This document shows, piece after piece, positions 10,801 to 23,617 of a DNA stretch of 64,000 nt. Position numbers and translations under genes: made by a program. The DNA is from Naegleria gruberi (taxonomy: Eukaryota), in NCBI GenBank assembly GCA_000004985.1, contig GG738880.1. One strand, given 5' to 3'. Positions within the stretch are counted from its first letter, which is position 1. Each line of letters opens with the position of its first letter. A model generated the notes under the pieces. It saw only the letters and a program-made list of their open reading frames with translations, was not told where the DNA came from and made no database searches.

Positions 10801-12102
10801 TTATTTAATTAATTTGTTATTTGATTTCTTCTTGTTCTTTGGAGTGAGAATGACTTGTTTTACTTCCGATTCAAATGTAAAGTTTGCAAGATATTTAGCA
10901 AGGGATGAATCTGATATTTCATCATTATTTCTTTTCTTTTGCATTTCAACAAAGGAGTAAAGCTTGTGCTCTATTGAGATATCCAAACACTTTTGCTTTC
11001 TCATCATTCTAATGGATGAAAGAATGGCACTTCTCCTAGTATGCTCAGTGAGGGTTGAGATGGAGAGAACAAAATCAAGCAAGCTAATGTCATCAGCGAC
11101 TGGCTCAAGGTCTTCAAAGTTGTTTCCAAAATCTGTGGAGAGCATCATGTTGTAATTCTGCAGAGATGGATGAATTGTCATGAGTTCCCACAATGCAGTA
11201 ATAGATGCAAATCTCAAATTTTCATCAGCCTCGTACATGACTGTCTTTTCCAAGAGTGGAATCATTTTGAAGGAATAACTCTCGCTCAACATGCCAATCA
11301 TTGTCAAGACATGAATGCATTGCAATTTGTGAGAAACCTCTTTAGATTCTTCCAATACTGTAATGATACATTCAATGAGTCTAATTCTTTCCTTTTGGTT
11401 GTTTGCCTCTTCATCATCAATTAGCTCATCATATTCGGACAGATTAAATTCAAACTCAAAGTTAACAATCCTATTGATATTCCTATCGATGATATTCTTA
11501 TTCAAAGTTTGAACCTCCAGAGCATCCTCTGATGATGTTCTCCCCAAAGTAAACACATCCTGAATGAGAATCTGAACCATCTCCCTCACAACAATCAATA
11601 TTGCCAAACTCTTATTCATCACTGATTTAAACCTAGCAAAACAATGACACAATATCAAATTCAATCCCTCAAGCATATTCTCCACATCTCTATTACAACA
11701 ATTGATGAATAATATTTCCAAGCACAAGGACAAGATCTTCCTCTCCCGAGCAGCAAGGCTAGTATTACAATTAATTTTCAAATTCAAATTGAATTGATAA
11801 TAATTGGAGAGGAGGGAATTCAAATCCAAGAACCTCTCCAGAATCAGCCTAACAATCTCTTCAATCTTCTCCTTCCCGACATGATGATTCCTATTCACCA
11901 TCAAAAAACCCTTCATCACCAAGAGTAAATTTTCAAAGAGGCTTGTTGAGTTTTCACCATCCCTAATACTTTCCCACATTTCTGCAATGGATTCGATGGA
12001 GCAATCAAAATAATCGAACAGCTTTTGAAAATCTTGCTTTTCAGTGTTGTATTCGCAAAATAAGGCTTGAAGGTAGAGTTTACCAAATCGTTGACTTTCC
12101 AT
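10801..12102 (-). CDS. Hypothetical alpha-helical (ARM/HEAT-like) protein
   Basis: 433-aa ORF with a real ATG at 12102. Leucine-rich helical composition and no recognised catalytic motif. It shares a divergent promoter with the 12444 gene. Confidence 0.4.
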   Translation of the reverse strand: MESQRFGKLYLQALFCEYNTEKQDFQKLFDYFDCSIESIAEMWESIRDGENSTSLFENLLLVMKGFLMVNRNHHVGKEKIEEIVRLILERFLDLNSLLSNYYQFNLNLKINCNTSLAARERKILSLCLEILFINCCNRDVENMLEGLNLILCHCFARFKSVMNKSLAILIVVREMVQILIQDVFTLGRTSSEDALEVQTLNKNIIDRNINRIVNFEFEFNLSEYDELIDDEEANNQKERIRLIECIITVLEESKEVSHKLQCIHVLTMIGMLSESYSFKMIPLLEKTVMYEADENLRFASITALWELMTIHPSLQNYNMMLSTDFGNNFEDLEPVADDISLLDFVLSISTLTEHTRRSAILSSIRMMRKQKCLDISIEHKLYSFVEMQKKRNNDEISDSSLAKYLANFTFESEVKQVILTPKNKKKSNNKLIK

Positions 12103-12443
12103 TTTTTTTAAATTTGAGAGAAAATTATGAATTGATTAAGGAAATTTGTTTTTGTTACAATGAAGGTTTTTGTTAAAGGTGGTTATAATGAAGAGATGAA
12201 ACTTTGTATGAAGAATTGTGAAAATACGAAACTTAACGAAATAGTGAATTTAATTTTTGAGATGAGCAAATTTAAGTTACTTTAGTATTAACCGTTTTCA
12301 TCATCTCATTGTATGATTAAGGGTGCTGTTCTTCCTTCTCAAACTTTCATTTTACAAATTAAGGAATTTCTTAAAAAGTAAAATTGGCGCCACATTGGTA
12401 ACCAATCTCAAAAATAACAGTTATAAATCCAAAGTCATAAAAA

Positions 12444-15400
12444 ATGTTCTCTTTCAATAAGGTTTCCATCAACTCTACAAGATTTACCTCCTTTCTACTG
12501 CTCTTGTTTATATTTCTTGCTCATCTTTCAATAACCACAACTTTAACTAATAAGGAAATAATTTTGCTTCCTTATTGTTCCTCTGTGGTAGTTTCTCCAC
12601 CTAGCCAGAGATTATCTTCCAATTCACTCACAATAACCGTTACAGCACCTAACGATATTTGGTAAGTTAACAAACTTTCCTATGTGAAATGTTAAATTTC
12701 TAATAAGGTTAATCGTATCGAATCAATATAAACCTCTTCAAAACACCAATGTGGATGCAACAATACTTCTGAGAGCCTACGTTTTCCTCTCAAATCCACA
12801 AGGACAAGCCAAATACATTACCTCCGCCTCAATAATATCTTCCACTTCATTCACAGTTCAGTTTACCAATCTTGCAGCTAATGAACATTATGGATTATTC
12901 TTATTTGATGGGATGTCCTATTTGGAGGTGGAAACTGGTAGTGCACTTCGATTGGTTCCACTTTCAATCTTGTCAATTCATGAATACTCGACTGGGAGTG
13001 CAGCATTTGATTCGTTTAGTCCACAGAATAGTTATGAAAGTTCGATGGGAATGTTTTGTATGTCTCTGGCAGGTAGTTCTCTTCCTTTGAATTATGTTTC
13101 ACAAGCTGATAATGTGAAAAGTAGTCAAATTGATTCGATTAGTTTGCAATCGAACAAGTTGAAAATGAACGGAAAGTGGAATGGACAAATATTCAATTAT
13201 CCAATCACTGAATTTGAAGATGGAGGTTATACCTATGAATTATCGAATGAAATTACTGTAAATTTCCATTCACTTTCCAATACTCAACTCAACATTCCAA
13301 TAACTTTACAGAGATATTTAAGTGCTGCCTTCGAACAAGTCAATGCTCTTGATCATCCAGACGAAACAGCAAGAACAGCAGATCCATCCGAATTAGAATA
13401 TCTATTCGTTGGATATTCCATGAATTCCTTTACCTACAAAGTTAGCACCGATCCCAACAATTCTCCAGAATGGACACAAAATCTTTCAGATAACTACGCA
13501 TTAGAAACAGACATCCCAACTCTCATGACCTATCCATACTATCGAGCAGAATTCCACGAGTTGACTTCTGGAAATCCACTCATGACCATCATTATTAAGG
13601 ATGGAGTTTTGACCATGTCCAAGAAAGTTCTAGGAACAACTTCGATGGAATGTCCAATGGGATCTGTCAGGAATGAAAATCAACACTTTTATCGTGGCTC
13701 TACTTTTCATTATATTGCCTATTCGACTATTCATCCAATGTATACTTTTGATTATTCCACTAGAAATTGGAAGTTGAATACCCAAATTGATGTGAGCTCT
13801 GCTGATGGAAACTTGGTTGCCAATCTAACAAATTTTGATAATACTCTCTCTACAGAAAGTTCTGATCATTTAGTTTCGGTTACTTTATCAGATAATGTCC
13901 TTCAAGATTACGAAACTTTCTTCAATGAACACGTCATCATTGGAAAACCAGATCACCGAACTCCAATCTCTTCCATAACTGACCTAGCTCTCCTCCACAT
14001 AGACGATCTGGGCAACTCAATCTCCGGTCCTCTCATCACCCAGGAAGACTTTCGTCAGGAACTTGATTGGAATTTTGGTTTTTGTGATGAGAAAGTTGGT
14101 TCTCGAATGGGAAATCAATTGTCAAACTTTTTTTCTTCGACTGATTATACTATTGAACAATTGCCAGAATATGGAACGAGATTGAGTTATGAAGGTGGTG
14201 TGCAAGTTGTAAATTCTGGGTCAATTGAGATGAAGTTTTCAAATCATGAATTTTTGCAAGATTTCACAATTGAAGTTGACCAATCTTTGTTGAGATATAA
14301 GGAGCCAAAGGTTGATTGGTTGAATTTTACGGTAATTCCTGACTTGTCTTCTAACGGAAGAAATGCTACGATTCAAACAGATTCGTATAATAGTGGAGAA
14401 GCTGTTGGCGAGTTTAGTGTCGAATTAACTTGTTCGAATCAGATAATGATATTTAATTCAACTGTGCAACTGTTTAGTAATGTTGGTAGCGGTCAGAATT
14501 TCACATCTAGATTTGATATTACCAGCGATTTCGAATATTGTAACACTTTATCGATAGTTTCTTCTTGTAATATCAGAATTTCAGTAACCAGACAGGCATT
14601 ATGGACCAATTTACAAAAGGAACTCAGTACCACAAGAAGTGTCACTATTGATTATGGTTATTTCATTCCAAGATGTCAAATTCAAGTCAATGAGCCTTTC
14701 GTTTGGATTGAAACAATGTTATTAGAATCTGCTTATTTTACTCTTAATCAAGAAAGAGGCGAATTCACTAACAATATTTTAGTCACCTTGAAAACCAACA
14801 GTTCACAATCAGCATTCAATCCAACAATTAGAGCCTCACTTATTCCAAATATAGATAATCCATTTCACTCAATTGGAGACTTTACTCAAATAATGCAACA
14901 AGAATTTGTCACTTTGAATTTTACAATTAAGAGCAGTAACATATCAAGAATTTTATCTGAAAGATCACAAAATACCTTCTATACATTCAATATGAATCTC
15001 ACTCTATTAGAAACTCATTCTTGTTGGTCAACTGAAGGAAAGGGAGGTTTATTTCCATTTTCCTTCCAAGTTTTATACGAATGTCCTATTGGATACACTG
15101 GAATACAATGTGATATTCCAATTTGCTATGGTTTAAACTCAACCAATCCAAATGCATGTTCAGGAAATGGAAATTGCATTTCTCCAAATAGCTGTGTATG
15201 TCATGCAAACTATACTGAAGGAAACTGTTCAATTCCTTTGTGTTTTGGAGTGAGGGGAGATAACTCTGAGGTATGCTCTTCGAAAGGCTCTTGTGTCCAA
15301 GCCAATGTTTGTGGTTGTGAAGATGGACACACTGGATTGGAATGTGAAATTCCAAAATGTTTCAATATTGCTGCTAATGAGAGTGTTGTATGTTCTGGTC

Positions 15401-18400
15401 ATGGAGATTGTTTTGGCGTGAATAATTGTTCATGTCACGAATCATATTTTGGTTTGAATTGTGAGCTTTCCAATATATTTTCCAATGTTTCGAATAGTTC
15501 ACTTTCTTTCAATATTTCCACCTCAAATAACGAAACACTTTACGAAAATTCAACTTTTACTTCCAATAGATCAATCGTTAGTGATCAGAATAATACTTTG
15601 AACTTCACCGAAAGTATTAGAAATTCAACAATCAATAATTCGAGCATTTCCATTCCTGAAAACTCAAATTCAACCATTTCACAAAACTTTTCAATGGATT
15701 CTAATTTAACAAACATGGTTATTGATAATTCCACAACCGAATGCAATAGTACATTACTTACAATGTTGAACAAAACTATTTCTTCAAATAATATTTCGTC
15801 TAATTGTTCAGGTTGTGAATTTGCAAATGAAACATTAATTGGCAATGTGAGTGAGATTGTTAGAAACACTTCCAATTATACATATCCAAATAATACAGCT
15901 TCTAATGAAGGTATTTCTGCAAATGACAGTTTATCTTATTGTTCGAATGGCTTGGTAAACGAAACAATGACTAATTTAACAGTTATTGGAAATGAAACTC
16001 TCATGACCAATAACAGTACATCGAGCATGAATTCAACTTCTATTGGAAGCAATAATTTGACTCTTTCAAACGAAACTCTTGTCGATATGCAGAACGGAAC
16101 TAGCTTGAATAGTTCTAATATGGAAAACAATACTTCCACAATTTTGGGAAGGAATGAGACCTTAAATGAGACAATTTATGTCAATTCAACAAGTATTCTT
16201 TCAAATGAATCTGTTATAACAAATGAAACCTTAACCAATCAACAAAGCAACTATACTTCCAATTTAGGAAATTACCATAACAATACTAGTCTCAATACCA
16301 CCCTAAACCCAACCAATTTAACACTCAATGCTTCAACAGTAGCCAACAATTCATCAGAAAACCATTTCAATTTCTCAATTCCAGTTTCTGAATGGTCATG
16401 TAACATGACCACCAACATATCCAACCAATGTTCTGGAAATGGCCAATGCACCTCATCCAGAAACTGCTCATGCAATGATGGTTTTAGTGGCCAGCAATGT
16501 CAATTCATCATTCCTTCTCCAATTTGCTCTGGAAACTTTATCCAAGTTGAAAAAATCATTAACAAAGATCAATCAATTTATCTGGAAAGATTAATGATGG
16601 ACAAAAAGTGTCAGAAAACAATTCCTCTCATGACATATAGAGAAGTGCTGTTGGAGAATGTTACCTATAGTGGAATGAATTTGAGTGATATTGTCAAGTT
16701 GTATTCAGTTTTTGTAGATTCGAATGGAAATAAGCTTATTTCATTCGATTCTCGTTTATTACTCGAAAAGAAAGATATGCTGACAGTTTGGAGAGTTGAT
16801 TCACAAGGGTCTTCCACTTCCAAATTGACCATTCCTATCAATTATGGTATTCACAGTGAGTCGACTGGTTCAACATTTGGTTTAATCAAATTTGTTAATC
16901 AAAATAATGAGCTATTTGCCATAACTATGAAAGATGACAGTTCTATAATTGCTGTTTTAAAAGTAGATTTGGAAAGAAAGCAAGCAAATTTATTATTTGA
17001 TTTTGAAAATGAACTTCTTACCTTTTCGAATATTGTAAATGGAAATCAAGTTTACAATCCAATTACAAACAAGACTATTTTCTCAGTTATTGTAAACTCA
17101 AATCAATCCAACTCTTACCTTATTGAAATAGACCTATCAAGTGATCAGAAAAAAGTGTCAGAATTGAAAATTCCTCAGTTGACCATTGACAGTTCACTTT
17201 CGCTTCTTCTTACAAATCCAACAAGTGGTGAACAATATTTACTATCAAGTGGACAAACAGAAACCACAATAAGTTCCATTCAACCAAATATAGAATCTGA
17301 AAATGTCACTTTTACAATTTTGGCATCTGATTCTGATTTTACAATTTCCAAATCGGATACTGTAATTGTTGAGGAGAAACAAGACGAAAGTGAAAGCAAG
17401 GTTGTGATTCTTAATGTTGATACTGGTATTTCACTCATTGTTTCAACGAATCGATTAGTTTCTAATAGAGAAATCTTTTCAAAAAGTTCACAAAAGGTAA
17501 TTTTTGAAAATCCAAATATTTTGTCAATTATGTCAAGTTCAAATTTGGACTCAATTTCACTTTCCATTTCTTCCATGTCAACTTTTAATGTTCCAATTGC
17601 TAGCTCAGTTCAAATACAAATTGAAGGAAGGTTGACTTTGACAGATGTCATTTCGTTTATTGTTTTTAAACATGAAGAATCTGATTCGATTATTGAAGAA
17701 TTACCAATTCAGACATTGAATAGTCGTTCATTAGATTCGTCTTTATACTATTTCACTACGAGGGATGTTTCGAATAGTTTACCTAAACAACTTTTTAATT
17801 CAAAAACATTCAAGGTGAAAGTTTATATCAAATTGTTGACGAATGATTTAATTGGAAATCCAATTTATTTTCCTACAAATATGGAAATTACCATGTTTAG
17901 ATTTAAATTGGAAAATATTTCGCCAAAATTTGGTTTTTATGGAAATGAATTAATTGTTGAATCTTCATTTATTCCAATTCAAAGTTTAATCTATGTGAAT
18001 TTAAAGATTACTGAACTTTCGAATAGTGTAATGACTATTCAGTGTAAAGTGTTAAATCTTACACATTGCAAATTTGATATTCCATTAATAGAATCTGTGG
18101 ATACAATGGTGCAAGTCAAGTTATCAATCACTAATCTTGGATTAGAAACTGTATACGATTCTTTCCATTCTTTCAGATATTTTGATCCATCCATGGTAAA
18201 TGTCAAAGATTTGACACATTTTGACATTTCTATTACTTTCCCAGATATTCCATATGTAAATTCTTCAATCAAGCCATTAATTTCATTTATTCCATCTAAT
18301 GAAGGAACTTTGTTATTATTCGAAATGAACAAAAATGAAGTTTCGTCTAATAATTCAGCAACTTGTGGAACTGAACTAACTCGACAAATAGTTGGATCCT

Positions 18401-19170
18401 CCGATTTGTTCAACATTTCAAATTCAATTTCGTTTGATGTGAAATTGTTAACTTTTTCAAATATCGAAAATGGAAATTTATTTGAAGTTTGGATTTCAAA
18501 AAGTCAAAACGCAACATTCTTTGCTTCCTTATCACTTTCGAATAGCATTCAAGAATTAACAATTGGTCAGCTCAATATCACTCGAGATTCTGAACTTGTC
18601 AAGAAATCAGTCAATTGTCAGTTTAAATCGAATAGATTGTATCACTTGACGGTTCTTGTGCAAGAATTTAAAATTTCATGGGAATTGAAAGATGTAGAAC
18701 TGAATGCTGTTGAATGTTCAGCTCAATATTCAAAAGATAATTCCAAATTACTTTCGAATAATGGAAATGTGAAAGGATATCAAGTTGCTATTGGTCAAAG
18801 TTTCGAATGTAGTCAATTAGTTTCAGATACTGCGATTATTCCAACATTAGCTTTGAGTGGAATGAAGGAAGTTTGTGTTTCTTGTAAAATATTGAATTTC
18901 CTGTCTGCAGAAAAGGAAATGTCAATCGATTCCTTTTTAGGAGGTTTGATTGGTGGCGTGGGAGGTTTCTTATTACTTTCATTGACAGTTTCCTTGATTA
19001 TTTGTTGCATTATTCGAAAGAAACGAATGAAAACATACAATTACGTCTACCATTCCAGTAGAAACTTGGAACGAAACCAGACAATTCAAGATTTATTCGC
19101 AAGTGCTTCTCCATTGGGTGCTTCTGAGGATTTCGATATTATAGATGAACATCCTTCTTATTTCGTCTAG
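12444..19170 (+). CDS. Giant type I transmembrane glycoprotein with tenascin-type EGF repeats and an N-glycosylation-rich stalk (about 2200 aa), 2 exons
   Basis: Exon 1 is 12444..12661 and encodes a signal peptide (FTSFLLLLFIFLAHLSI). Intron 12662..12707 (GTAAGT...AATAAG, 46 bp, phase 2). Exon 2 is 12708..19170. Cys-rich EGF repeats (CSGNGNCISPNSCVCHANYTEGNC..., CSGHGDCFGVNNCSCHESYFGLNCE). An approximately 450-aa tract is saturated with N-x-S/T sequons. C-terminal TM helix (GGLIGGVGGFLLLSLTVSLIICCII) followed by a short cytoplasmic tail. Confidence 0.6.
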
Positions 19171-19204
19171 AATAAACCAAGAACATTAAACTTGATTTGT
19201 TTTT

Positions 19205-20253
19205 TTATTCGATTATTCTATCGGCAGGATTAACACTTGTATCCAACAATTCCTGTTCCAATTCTTTACGCATTTCACTTTCTTTCATCACATCTTTCTT
19301 TTCTTCTTCATCTGAAACATATGATTCTCCCTGTAAATCACTGGCCAAATGTTCATGCCCATGACTGACATCTTGCATTTTAGGAATATGAGCTGCCTTA
19401 GACAAATATAGTGAAATACTATGTCCAGAATGAAGAAAATGGCTTGCCTTATCAAATATAATATACAAGTGAATGAAAATTTCAATCATTTCGACTGCAA
19501 ATTTTTGCTCGAGAGATTTGGCGCCAACTTCTTTTGCATTTTCATGTCCACTTTCTTCTTTCAATTCTTCAACCAAATAATAGATGTGATTACAGGTTGT
19601 GAATACTGAATAAACGACATAGGTAAAGAAGATAAAAGCTTCGATCCAGTTGATCCAAATTAAGAGTTCCTTTCTCTTGTAAACACAGTATAATTCTCTG
19701 AGATATCTTTCAGTGAACATGATCATGAGAAGTGCCATATATGTATAGGAAATAACAAGTAAGGATTGACTAAGTGTAGTGTCATAGTAGGTGAGATCTT
19801 CCTTTCTTCCCAAAATGATTGAGTTTGCTTGAACATAGGTAATGGAAAAGATCTTTAAATTGTTATTAAATATTCCAAATTAAGAGAAGTAATAGTACTA
19901 ACCTTTAACATTGAATAAATGTACATTCGGAGACGAACATTTCCCAATGTCCACTTATAAATCTTATTAAGCACTCTCTTAATATTTGCCCAGCTCCTTA
20001 CGAAGGTCGATGGATTTTGATGATTAGATTCAAATTTCATATATTGTGAGGATCTTATCGAGGGATGATGATGATGACGATTATTCTTATAATAGTAATT
20101 ATTAGCAACAGTTGATGATGATATTGTTGATACTGTAGAGAGAGCTAAATTTCTATTACTGCCTCTTCTTATTGGATGAACAATTGCACTCTCTTGCTGA
20201 CTACGATCATTCTCATCATATTGTACTTGTTGTTGCTGGCGGTGAGGGAGCAT
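19205..20253 (-). CDS. Hypothetical multi-pass membrane protein, 2 exons
   Basis: Exon 1 is 19903..20253 (real ATG MLPHRQQQQ at 20253; the track M at 20313 is GTG). Intron 19853..19902 (GTTAGT...TTTAAAG, 50 bp, phase 0). Exon 2 is 19205..19852 (...MYIYSMLK|IFSITYVQANSIILGRKEDLTYY...). Several hydrophobic helices and an acidic C-terminal tail. Confidence 0.4.
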
Positions 20254-20514
20254 TTTGTTTTTTCTTTGATATTTGTGGGCCTGTAACTTGATTCCTTTTG
20301 TTTGCGGAAACACAATAATAAAAATCTTCTTGGATTATTAAGGTCAATCAATGGCTCTAGAGGAAATAGTTCTCATTAATAATATATTATGCGAAAATGT
20401 TCGGAAAATGTTACAACCTTAATATTGAAGGAAATTAATGTGTTTATACAATTATTTAACAACATGCTGGTTAAATATTCCTCCTAATTTCATATTCCTT
20501 TTTTTATGACTGAG

Positions 20515-21222
20515 TTAGAGAGTAAGCATGATAATTGTGGAAATAGAAATGAGGATTATGTTCAACACTTGATCAGAGAATGAAGAAGGTGCAGAGTTGA
20601 CTGTTTTTGTGGAGTTTCTTCCTGCAATTACTAGTGATTTAACATATGGATTTTCATTGTTGAAATTTCCAACTGGGAAATAATTACACACAACGATGGT
20701 TCCATTGCTGAATTGGGAAAATCCTGGGACTGTGGCACATTTCTTTCTTGCACAACCTACCTTCTTGGTATTTTCCCAGATCAATTGAGTGTACTGTCCA
20801 CAAACGTGTCCTGATTGGCAACTTGTAGGATAAGTGAAATATTGAGATTCATCAGCCCAACTCTTGACACTTCCTGGAACTATATCTGAAAATCCAATGT
20901 ATAAATTCTCTCCTACAGAACCTTTCCTATAATTATCAGAATGTTCAAAAAGACACTTGTCAACATAACTGGCAGCAACCTTTTCCAATTCATCATCCCA
21001 AACTAAACCTCCCATGCTTGCTGCTGGAGGATTTAATGTCTTACTCAAACGAATTGTATTTTGAGCATCAAGCAAGGCAATCTTCTCAGCTGATGTGAAT
21101 GCATTGAGAGAATTTGTGCTTGTTGAATTATTGCTAACAGTTCCATTATTGACATTGGTACTATTATTGGTGTTAGTGGAATTGTTGACTTGGAGTACCT
21201 TGAATGTAAGGTTTTTGACCAT
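20515..21222 (-). CDS. CAP/SCP/PR-1 domain protein with N-glycan-rich linker and GPI-anchor-like C-terminus (CAP1); N-terminus unresolved
   Basis: CAP signature: WDDELEKVAASYVDKC...HSDNY...GENLY...CGQYTQLIWENTKKVGCARKKC...VVCNYFPVGN. C-terminal hydrophobic tail ILISISTIIMLTL. The first in-frame ATG (MVKN, 21222) has no signal peptide and overlaps the last exon of the upstream CAP gene in another frame. It may instead be the second domain of a tandem-CAP protein. Confidence 0.45.
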   Translation of the reverse strand: MVKNLTFKVLQVNNSTNTNNSTNVNNGTVSNNSTSTNSLNAFTSAEKIALLDAQNTIRLSKTLNPPAASMGGLVWDDELEKVAASYVDKCLFEHSDNYRKGSVGENLYIGFSDIVPGSVKSWADESQYFTYPTSCQSGHVCGQYTQLIWENTKKVGCARKKCATVPGFSQFSNGTIVVCNYFPVGNFNNENPYVKSLVIAGRNSTKTVNSAPSSFSDQVLNIILISISTIIMLTL

Positions 21223-21845
21223 TATAATTTCCTCCTGGAAAATAATCACAAACGACTATAGTTTACGAAAATAGTGCTCTTAATCGGCAAGAAGTGTTAA
21301 AACTTACCAATAGTTCCTCCATTGAAATTAGATTCAAGATTAGTAAATGTTGAACAGGTCTTTTTGGCACAACCAACTTTCTTTGTGGTTGCCCAAACTA
21401 ATTGAGTATAATGTCCACAAACCTTACCACTTTGGCAAGTATTGGTTGTATAGTCAAAGAATTGAGATTCATCAGCCCAACCCTTCACACTTCCTGAAAC
21501 CATATCTGAAAATCCAACGTACATATTCTCTCCTACATATCCTTGTCCATAATCATTGGTTCTTTCAGCATTATGGGCCCAAATACATTTATCAACATAA
21601 TTGGCAGCAACTTGAGCCAAGGCTTCATCCCACACCAATGTTTCCATATTGGAGGATGATGGATTAACATTCAATCGAACATTATTATGTTTATCAACAA
21701 GTGATTGTTTTTCTGATGCTTGGAAGGCATTAAGCGTTTGTCCGTAAATTCTTGTGAGCATTAAATTCATCAGCATCATCATCATGAAGAACATTACTAA
21801 AGTGACGATGCTGCTTGAAATCCGAGAGGGTGATTCTATCATCAT
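21173..21845 (-). CDS. Secreted CAP/SCP/PR-1 domain protein (CAP2), 2 exons
   Basis: Exon 1 is 21308..21845 (ATG MMIESPSRISSSIVTLVMFFMMMMLMNLMLTRIYG is a signal peptide; the track M at 21956 is TTG). Intron 21256..21307 (GTAAGT...CTATAG, 52 bp, phase 1). Exon 2 is 21173..21255, giving ...FNGGTI|VVCDYFPGGNYNGQKPYIQGTPSQQFH*. CAP motifs present: GENMY, CGHYTQLVW, KKVGCAKKTC. Confidence 0.6.
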
Positions 21846-22067
21846 CAGTGTTAGAAGTTGCTTTAAGTGTTTTCTTTTGTGCTCATCTTGGAGAAGGTCT
21901 TGAGGTTTTTGTTTGTGTTGATCCACATTTGTTCTTGATTGCCTTAATAGAAACAAGTAGACTTAATGTGGTTATCCGTATGGTAATCTGCAATGGGTTG
22001 TTGAAATAAACAAATTTCTAATCAGGATGATATTGAGTTGCATAAACATGTTCCAGTTACAGCTTGT

Positions 22068-23492
22068 TTATTGTAACATAATATCTATTTTCTTCTTGCT
22101 AGCTCTCTTCTTGTAAGTATCAGAAACCCACTTGGCCCAACTTTCGAGTTTACACTTCTCGACAGCCAATGATTTTTTCTTTTCCAATGCCTTGTCAATT
22201 TCATTTGCTTCCCTTACGAAATTCTCAATAATTTTGTCACAATAAATTGTATTGGTTATCAAAAATTCTAATCTAATCTTTTTGACTTGAACTGATAAAT
22301 TCCACTTTTCTAAAAAGGTTCTAAAATTTCTTTCTGTAATAGATATCATTTCAGATACCATAGATTTCAAGTAATATACACCCAAATCACCAAATACTTG
22401 CTGAAGATAGGGATAGAGATTTTCATACTTTTTCAGAGCTTTCCATAGTATATTTCCAGAGGAAGCACTTCCAGACTTTTCAAATTTGACATATTCCATT
22501 ATCTCGTTCGTCTTGAACTGCACTAAACTTGGTGAAATTGAGAATATTTCATATTCTTTCATCACGTCCATCACTTGATCAATGTCCATCGTTGATGTAT
22601 ATATTGGAATAGCGTCAGAACCAGAAAATGACGAATTAATATAAACTGCTCTATGATATGCACTAAAATCCATTGATAAAATATAAAAACTCTGTACTAA
22701 AACTCCACATCTAAAGAAAATCAAACTATCATATTCGACACCTTGTTTTTCAATGGCATGCAGGGAAGAGGAATATTTCGAAAAGGTCCCAATCAAGTAA
22801 ATTTTCTCAATCCTGTATTTACGAAATGGACTCCAATATTCATAGGTACTAATAGCGATGATAGCCCTCTTCAGCAGAGTTTGTTCCTTAGTGGACTTGT
22901 TACTTGATAATGCAACAGTTGAAGTAGGTGGTGGAGGTATTCCAAACATTCCCTTCACTGAATTATATGCCGCTAAAAGATCTTTAAATACTCCATCACT
23001 TGATTCATCAGTTGATTCACTCTTCTGCACTTGTGCATCATTCTCTATATTAACATTTTCATCATGATGATCAGCATTAAATTCCTCATCATGCTCCTCT
23101 TCCATTTCCTCCTCAAACTGCAGATAATTTCTTGATATTTTAGTTCTATATAATTTATCCAAAAACAGTTCCAATCTGCTCTCTCTATAATTGATCGGAA
23201 GAAATTCCTTCTCATCTACACAAACAATCTCCTCAATATTGGCAAGACATTCATGAACCTGATGATAAAACCACTTATTGACAAGTGCCAACGACATGAA
23301 ATGTTTCCTCACATCAATAAACGAAAAGGTAATTGTAAATATATCATAGAGTGCATATTCGTGTCGTTTCCATCTTTTGGCAAGGAATTTCTGTCTTCTC
23401 TGCAAAATTTCTGTTGCACTTTTCGGGGTTTTCATAGTTGCTGATGCTGGTGATGAGAATGAGTGTGGAGGTGGTGTGTTGTTTTGATCCAT
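22068..23492 (-). CDS. Hypothetical protein with F-box-like N-terminal motif
   Basis: 474-aa ORF. The N-terminal ILQRRQKFLAKRWKRHEYALYDIFTITFSFIDVRKHFMSLALVNKWFY resembles an F-box. The remainder is unrecognised, with an acidic central tract. Confidence 0.4.
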   Translation of the reverse strand: MDQNNTPPPHSFSSPASATMKTPKSATEILQRRQKFLAKRWKRHEYALYDIFTITFSFIDVRKHFMSLALVNKWFYHQVHECLANIEEIVCVDEKEFLPINYRESRLELFLDKLYRTKISRNYLQFEEEMEEEHDEEFNADHHDENVNIENDAQVQKSESTDESSDGVFKDLLAAYNSVKGMFGIPPPPTSTVALSSNKSTKEQTLLKRAIIAISTYEYWSPFRKYRIEKIYLIGTFSKYSSSLHAIEKQGVEYDSLIFFRCGVLVQSFYILSMDFSAYHRAVYINSSFSGSDAIPIYTSTMDIDQVMDVMKEYEIFSISPSLVQFKTNEIMEYVKFEKSGSASSGNILWKALKKYENLYPYLQQVFGDLGVYYLKSMVSEMISITERNFRTFLEKWNLSVQVKKIRLEFLITNTIYCDKIIENFVREANEIDKALEKKKSLAVEKCKLESWAKWVSDTYKKRASKKKIDIMLQ

Positions 23493-23617
23493 TTTTTTTT
23501 CTGTTGATTATTTCAAGTTCCAACATAGTTCATTGTAAAGTATTTGAGTTACAAAATAATTGGTTTGCTGGCTTTTTATTACAAAATTTAATGTGTTGGC
23601 AGCAATATTCAGATATG

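Noticed and set aside
12872-18416. Many short ORFs on either strand inside the 6.4-kb EGF-repeat gene (e.g. 12872..13090, 15086..15355, 15585..15875, 16272..16475, 17280..17576, 18039..18416)
   Set aside because: All are embedded in or antisense to a single long ORF with a coherent domain structure. They are typical shadow ORFs of AT-rich coding sequence.
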